Assembly: GCA_963776765.1 (NCBI GenBank) | Contig: CAVZOK010000009.1 | Coordinates: 60,750 to 124,749 of the forward strand | DNA from: Candidatus Sulfomarinibacteraceae bacterium | GTDB taxonomy: Bacteria > Acidobacteriota > Thermoanaerobaculia > Thermoanaerobaculales > Sulfomarinibacteraceae | Reading direction: 5' to 3' | Length of the DNA stretch: 64,000 nucleotides | Shown here: piece by piece, positions 58,301 through 64,000 of the stretch | Numbering within the stretch: position 1 is the first letter of the stretch | How the letters are laid out: every line of letters starts with the position of its first letter | Notes under the pieces: generated by a model | Databases searched by the model: none | The model's input: only the letters and a program-made list of their open reading frames with translations | What the model was told of the DNA's origin: nothing | Position numbers and translations under genes: made by a program

Positions 58301-58617
58301 TCGAGGCCGGCGGTGTCCATCGACTCGCCCCACTCGAACTCGAGAACCACTTCGGAAAGTGAGGAGCGCGACTGCGATCGCATTTCGCGAACTCCGGGAA
58401 TCACACCGACCGCTTCCTCAACCGGACGGGTCACAAACTGTTCGACCGTTTCCGGCGCGGCGTCCGGGTACTCGGTCTGGATGGTGAGGGTCGGGTAGGA
58501 GAGGTCCGGAAGGAGGTCAACGGGCAGGTTCTGGACTGCGAGAAGGCCGAAGGTGGACACCGCAAGGGTGGCCATGAGCACGGTGACCGGTCGGTTGACG
58601 GCGAAGCGCGGGAGCAC
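55330..58617 (-). CDS. RND efflux transporter permease (first of two, MdtB-like position)
   Basis: ~1095 aa with GMLVDNSIVVLEA and GIVVNNAIVLVDA motifs. GTG start. Confidence 0.9.
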   Translation of the reverse strand: MLPRFAVNRPVTVLMATLAVSTFGLLAVQNLPVDLLPDLSYPTLTIQTEYPDAAPETVEQFVTRPVEEAVGVIPGVREMRSQSRSSLSEVVLEFEWGESMDTAGLDVRERLGLVELPREAEIPRVLRFDPSLEPIMRLGFYGNRDLDELRQLADRWLKPRLESVVGVAAAKVRGGLDAEIVVEADEDRLAALGLTPADLAVALRQENVNQPGGTLRDFNAIYLVRTMHEFENLDQIRRTVVRETPTGRVRVEDVARVFRGHRDRDEITRLGGREVVEIDLHRQGTANTVAVAQAVQERLEEVREEMPSDLHIETLTDLSAYITAAIQMVWSAAWIGGLLAILVLFFFLRDLRATAIIALTIPVSVVATFLFMARAGVSLNIMSLGGLALGIGMLVDNSIVVLEAIDRRRAEGLERARAAIKGAGEVAGAVTAATLTTVAVFFPIVFVQGVAGQLFRDQAVTVCLSLTTSLVVSLTLIPALSGFSARSGFESASRFAGRRNDEDEPLPFSFRLASFELEPIGDGRSLISRAITIAAFPIRFVLLLAMLAVGAMWWTFSRVFQILAAPLGKALDGVGHAYPGALTNALRRRWIVMAAAIGVFAVSVTVIPRLGTDLVPDLAQGEFAFQLRLPEGSTLEATAELVDRIEAMLVDDSAFASIFSMVGSLPSTASGRLTLGENLAQINFRMFAEADANDEASAVIRVREAIARFPRAESELVRPAVLSVRPPIAVQIFSDNLVELDHASEVVRKTLEELPEVRDVATTSEPGSPEILVELDRERAAALGVSAEDVGAAMRTKIRGDVVGEFREGEERIDIRLRAGERFRSLASGVQAMRIILPGGTTVPVSAVAEVITGRGPAAIYRFSGARVAEVTALPTTRDLGGALTAVDEAVSGLVLPAGARTELSGQNEELAVSFNSLWLAMALATFLVYVVMASQFESLIHPFVILMAVPLGVVGVVAALVLTSNSVSVLVLIGAIMLAGIVVNNAIVLVDAVNRRRREGQDIDEALIGAGEERLRPILMTTATTVLALFPMALGLGAGDELRAPLAITVIGGLTVATFLTLIVIPCIYRILGTAPVRVRVEEDEGAVSGSEAA

Positions 58618-58664
58618 TGATCAGGCCCCGTTCCGGGGGACAAGGATTCTCGACAGGAGGACCA

Positions 58665-59819
58665 TCAGCCCTCCTGCTCGACCGGTTCCGGCGCGGATTC
58701 GGCATCTTCATCCGTCATGACGCGAACCGTTGCGCCGTCAGAAAGAGCCGGCGCTCCGACGATGATGACGCTCTCACCCGGTGTGATGTCGACGGAGGGG
58801 TCTGCGGCCGCGGCGATTTCAATGCGATCACCGGTTTCGAAACCGAGCTCGACCTCGATTTGCTCGACCTTCGTACCTTCCTCTGTGAGGCGGTAGAGGT
58901 GCCATCGGCGCCCCTCGGCAACCAGCGCCGAACGGGCGACCACCAGGGCGCTTGCGTGTGTGTCAGTAACGATGTCGACCCGGACAAAGGCGCCCGGCCT
59001 GAGCCCGGACCCTGCTTCAACTGCGACGGTGACCTTGACGGTGCCAGTAGCAGGGTCTACCGCCGGGGCGATGCGCTCTATGATCGCACCTGCCGCGCCG
59101 CCGGTTGCGTCAGCTGTCAAACGCACCTCCTGACCGGGCTCCAGCCGGGTCACGTGGCGTTCGGGGATGTTGATGTCGGCGTAGAGGGGCTGGAGATCGG
59201 CGAGGTCGTAGACCGGGGTGCCGTCGGAAACGGTGGCGCCGACGTCGAGGTGGCGGGTCACTACGATGCCTGCGATGGGGGCCCGGATGACGGTGCGGTA
59301 GAGTTCCAGATCGGCGAGCTCGAGGGCATGAGCGGCATCCTCCGCATCGCGGCGGCTCGCTTCGTACTCGTCGACGCTCACCAGTCCGCGCTGATAAATG
59401 TCGGACAGCCGCTCGTACTCTCTCCGTGCGGTTTCCTCGGTCGTTCGGGCTCGCGCGGCGGCGATCTTTTGCTCGTCGTCCTCGAGATAGGCGAGCGGTT
59501 GCTCAGCCCCGACCCGATCGCCTTCTTCGACGGAGAGACGACGAACGACACCGCGGGTGCGAGCAATGACCGTTGCCTGCCGGTCGGCGCGAAGGGTTGC
59601 GGAGGTCGAGTAGAGGGAGGAAATAGGTTCGCGAACAACCTCGCCTGCGCGCACTGCGATGGCTGGTTCTTCCTTTTTGCCATCTCCGTTTTGCCCGTTC
59701 CCGTTCGTCCCGTGGCCGTTGGCTTCACCGCCGCAGCCGGTTGTGAAAACCGACACGAAAATGGCGACGAGTGCAGTCGCATTGCGTACAAACAGAAAGC
59801 TTGGCCTGACCTGGATCAT
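58665..59819 (-). CDS. RND efflux periplasmic adaptor (membrane-fusion protein), lipoprotein
   Basis: Lipobox FTTGCGG. Contains coiled-coil hairpin and beta-barrel regions typical of the HlyD_D23 family. Confidence 0.85.
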   Translation of the reverse strand: MIQVRPSFLFVRNATALVAIFVSVFTTGCGGEANGHGTNGNGQNGDGKKEEPAIAVRAGEVVREPISSLYSTSATLRADRQATVIARTRGVVRRLSVEEGDRVGAEQPLAYLEDDEQKIAAARARTTEETARREYERLSDIYQRGLVSVDEYEASRRDAEDAAHALELADLELYRTVIRAPIAGIVVTRHLDVGATVSDGTPVYDLADLQPLYADINIPERHVTRLEPGQEVRLTADATGGAAGAIIERIAPAVDPATGTVKVTVAVEAGSGLRPGAFVRVDIVTDTHASALVVARSALVAEGRRWHLYRLTEEGTKVEQIEVELGFETGDRIEIAAAADPSVDITPGESVIIVGAPALSDGATVRVMTDEDAESAPEPVEQEG

Positions 59820-59910
59820 CAGCGTTCATTCCTTTGTTTCACGGATCGGTCCGGATCTCTCCGGATGGCCCCTCGATAGTAGGTGAAAATTGCGTGGGAG
59901 TTGCTTTATT

Positions 59911-59959
59911 CCCCGCCGCCAACCCAACCACCCGATACTAGATCCTAGATGCTGGATCC
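59911..59959 (-). repeat. Box+tail (reverse orientation): CCCCGCCGCCAACCCAACCACCC + (GATNCTA heptamers)
   Basis: Read directly. Further CCCACCC boxes occur at about 59966 and 60001. Confidence 0.8.
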
Positions 59960-60059
59960 GTCTACCCACCCAACAGACGGCTCTACGGGTTCAGCTGCCA
60001 GCCCACCCCCGGCTTTTCGACTCAAGCTCCTGATAATGCCATTGCAATGCCTGGGCGCT

Positions 60060-60096
60060 CCGCCGTACGGCCGCATAGCCGTAAAGCCGTAGAGCC
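60060..60096. repeat. 8-mer tandem array (CCGTANGG/CATAGCCG-type)
   Basis: ccgccgtacggccgcatagccgtaaagccgtagagcc. Confidence 0.8.
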
Positions 60097-60099
60097 CCG

Positions 60100-60128
60100 A
60101 AAAAAAGGACCTGGCCGAAGCCAGGTCC
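60100..60128 (-). terminator. Rho-independent terminator of groEL
   Basis: The minus strand reads GGACCTGGC-TTCG-GCCAGGTCC followed by TTTTTTT, 25 nt after the groEL stop. Confidence 0.85.
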
Positions 60129-60152
60129 TGGTTGATTGATAGGGGAGAGCGA

Positions 60153-61823
<1,671 letters not shown>

Positions 61824-61827
61824 CTAC

Positions 61828-62118
61828 CTACTTCTCGATAATGGCGAGGATCTCGTCCTCGCGGACGATGGTGTGCTCCTCGTCGTTGATCTTGATGTCC
61901 TGGCCCGTGTATTTGCCGATAAGGACGCGATTGCCCTTCTTGACGCTCATGGGCAGACGCTTGCCGTCATCGTCCATTTTGCCGTCGCCGACCGCGACCA
62001 CCTCTGCCTCTTGCGGCTTCTCTTTGGCGGTATCCGGGATGATGATGCCTCCGCGAACCTCTTCTTCGGTTTCGACGCGCTTCAGTAGCACTCGATCACC
62101 CAAAGGTTTAACCTTCAT
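61828..62118 (-). CDS. groS: Co-chaperonin GroES
   Basis: [19 protein letters not shown]...[24 protein letters not shown] before the ATG at 62118. Confidence 0.95.
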   Translation of the reverse strand: MKVKPLGDRVLLKRVETEEEVRGGIIIPDTAKEKPQEAEVVAVGDGKMDDDGKRLPMSVKKGNRVLIGKYTGQDIKINDEEHTIVREDEILAIIEK

Positions 62119-62150
62119 GTGACTCTCTCCTTTCGAGTTATTGCAGTTTG

Positions 62151-62177
62151 TTGGCACTCTAACTACTAGAGTGCTAA
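62151..62177. promoter_or_regulatory. CIRCE operator (HrcA binding site)
   Basis: TTGGCACTC-N9-GAGTGCTAA matches the consensus TTAGCACTC-N9-GAGTGCTAA at 17 of 18 positions. It lies between the promoter and groES. Confidence 0.9.
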
Positions 62178-62181
62178 CGCG

Positions 62182-62210
62182 AATATAGCTACGGATCGGT
62201 CGATTGTCAA
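62182..62210 (-). promoter_or_regulatory. Sigma70-type groESL promoter
   Basis: The minus strand reads TTGACA (62210-62205), a 17-nt spacer, then TATATT (62187-62182), directly upstream of CIRCE. Confidence 0.65.
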
Positions 62211-62429
62211 CCCCCCTGAATGAATTTTCTTATGAAAGTCGACTAAGATTTCAATTCTATCCCACCTTGGGCCCTTCTTAGTCTCAAAGACTAAGATTAA
62301 TTGGTGGACGAACGCGGTTGGGCGTCTCAGGAGACGTTACTTGCCGAATTCCGGTCGGCGGATGGGAGACCATTGCCTGCAATGCTTTGCCGGGTTACCG
62401 TGAAGAGCGTGAAATCGAGGTTTTCAGAA

Positions 62430-64000
62430 ATGGATTGGGAGGGACGCAGTGGTCTCCCCGAAGGGCCCGGGGACGTCGCCGGTCCGCGTCGCGGTTTAGG
62501 CCGCACCGTCTTTGGTATTCGAGCCGGAGAGGGACCCCTCGCATGGCTGTTCTTCCTCAGCTTTCTGATTCTCACGACCGTTCATTTTGCAGCTAAAACC
62601 GTCCGTCAGGCAGCGTTCATTGACGCTTTGGGTGCGGAAAAGCTCCCCTGGGTCTATCTCGCGGTGGCCGCGATATCGCTGCCGGTTCTGATTGTCTACT
62701 CACGGGTGGCGGCGCGGGTGCGGTTGCCGATGATGATCCTGGCCGCGGCCCTCCTTCACGTGCTCGGGCTTGTTCTCTTTTTCTACCTATTTGGCCTCGG
62801 CCAAAAATGGGTTGCCGTCCTTTACTATGTCTGGCTGGGTATGGCCTTTGCCATCGCGGTATCTCAATTCTGGACCTATGCCAACCAGGTCTTCGATCCG
62901 AGGCAGGCTCGCCGGCTTTTCGCCTTCATCGGTGCGGGTGGTCTCCTGGGTGCCATGTTTGGCGGACTCATGGCCGCAGCGGTGACCCGCTTTGCCGGGA
63001 CCCGGTTCACCCTGCTTGCGGCGGCCGCCCTGCTGCTCAGCTTGCCATTGTTGGTTGTTTTTGTTGAACGCCTGCGGGGTCCCGCATCGCCGACGCCGCG
63101 AACTCGCCGCCGCCTCCGTTACGAGGAAGCTCGCGGCGGGTGGCGCACGCTGCGCGGGTCCCGGTTGCTGGCGATGATCGGGCTCCTGATGTTGGCTTCG
63201 GTCATGATCGGGCAGCTCGTGGCATGGCAATTCAACTGGTACGTCGAACATCACACCGAAGCCCTCGACGAACGGACCTCTGTGTTCGCCCTGGCGTTTG
63301 TCTTGATGGGCATTGCCGGTTTCATTTTTCAGCTCGCGTTCACTGGTCGCATTCATCGCGCACTAGGGGTTGGTGTCGGCATGAGGGTGCTGCCGGGGAC
63401 GGTGATGCTGGCCCAGCTGGCGGTTGTGGTCGCAGTCGTTATGACACCGGTCGCAGCGATAGCCTACCCCCTGGTCTGGTTCCTTTATCTGAGCGAAAAC
63501 AGCCTCCGACACTCTGTAGACCAGGCGACGCGTGAGCTCCTTTTCATGCCTGTTGCCGAGGAATTGCGGGTCAAGGCCAAAGCCTTCATCGACGTCTTTA
63601 TCCAGCGCTTTGCCAAGGGTGCTGCCGCGATTCTGATCCTCGTGACTTTGAAGTTCCTGTCCGCCGGCTATGTCAGCGTCCTGACCTTGGTACTGGCGGT
63701 CGGTTGGATGGCGATCACGCTTCGCACACGGCGCGAGTATGTGACCGCCTTCCGCGAGGGTTTGAAGTCAGGGTCCATTCAGCCGGAAACCACAATCGAT
63801 ACCCAGGATGTGACGACGGTAACCACTCTGATGCAATCGCTCGGCAGCTCGGATCCGCGTACGGTGCTCCACAGCCTCGAACTCCTGTCGGCGAGCGGAG
63901 AAGGTCGGTTGGTACCGCCGGTACTGCTCCACCATGACAGCGCCGAAGTGCGGCGCAAGACTCTCGACATCCTGGCCGACACTGGACGCAAGGATGCAGC
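62430..64000 (+). CDS. ATP:ADP-antiporter-family (Npt/TLC-like) MFS-type transporter with C-terminal HEAT-like repeats; partial, runs off window end
   Basis: The frame is open from 62301 to 64000, so it is absent from the ORF track. ATG at 62430 follows GAGG. Translation ...VFGIRAGEGPLAWLFFLSFLILTTVHFAAKTVRQAAFIDALGAEKLPWVYL...SQFWTYANQVFDPRQARRLFAFIGAGG... then ...LMQSLGSSDPRTVLHSLELLSASGEGRLVPPVLLHHDSAEVRRKTLDILAD. Confidence 0.75.
   Translation, partial: MDWEGRSGLPEGPGDVAGPRRGLGRTVFGIRAGEGPLAWLFFLSFLILTTVHFAAKTVRQAAFIDALGAEKLPWVYLAVAAISLPVLIVYSRVAARVRLPMMILAAALLHVLGLVLFFYLFGLGQKWVAVLYYVWLGMAFAIAVSQFWTYANQVFDPRQARRLFAFIGAGGLLGAMFGGLMAAAVTRFAGTRFTLLAAAALLLSLPLLVVFVERLRGPASPTPRTRRRLRYEEARGGWRTLRGSRLLAMIGLLMLASVMIGQLVAWQFNWYVEHHTEALDERTSVFALAFVLMGIAGFIFQLAFTGRIHRALGVGVGMRVLPGTVMLAQLAVVVAVVMTPVAAIAYPLVWFLYLSENSLRHSVDQATRELLFMPVAEELRVKAKAFIDVFIQRFAKGAAAILILVTLKFLSAGYVSVLTLVLAVGWMAITLRTRREYVTAFREGLKSGSIQPETTIDTQDVTTVTTLMQSLGSSDPRTVLHSLELLSASGEGRLVPPVLLHHDSAEVRRKTLDILADTGRKDA

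Noticed and set aside
62277-62297. Palindrome TCTTAGTC-TCAAA-GACTAAGA between the groES promoter and the transporter gene as an operator
   Set aside because: It is a real 8-bp inverted repeat, and GACTAAGATT recurs nearby. It has no recognisable consensus and no adjacent regulator gene, so the evidence is insufficient to call a site.

Overview
High-GC bacterial chromosomal segment of Gram-negative type (lpxC, RND efflux, lipoproteins). It may be Acidobacteriota-like, but that is a weak inference from gene content. I call about 45 protein genes, mostly housekeeping: fumarylacetoacetase, a tandem-fused phosphofructokinase, a yitJ-like Hcy-methyltransferase/MTHFR fusion plus metH, typA, rsmD, a DHH-CBS-CCA nucleotidyltransferase, an AlaX editing protein, three tandem gamma-glutamyltransferases, a YtrA-type GntR regulator with an SPFH protein, an MFP-RND-RND efflux operon, groES-groEL with CIRCE, rubrerythrin and several large secreted beta-helix/FG-GAP/peptidase-like proteins. 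I saw no rRNA, tRNA, CRISPR array, transposase, integrase, phage gene or recognisable defence gene. The unusual content is mostly non-coding. (1) A pervasive family of gene-boundary elements joins a conserved G/C-rich box (GGTGGG[C/T]GG) to a locus-specific 7-9 nt tandem-repeat tail. They often occur as inverted pairs and abut or overlap stop codons. (2) An ~855-bp cassette encoding a four-helix-bundle (23S-rRNA-IVS/Avd-family) protein with a structured leader is present twice at about 97% identity, each copy sitting inside heptamer arrays. (3) A ~900-bp gene-free region has nested inverted repeat arrays around a hairpin-dense core. (4) A response-regulator receiver domain is fused to LpxC. 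Two genes look frameshifted: a beta-helix protein and the signal peptide of a lipoprotein hydrolase. All functional calls rest on motif and family recognition by eye, since no searches were possible.
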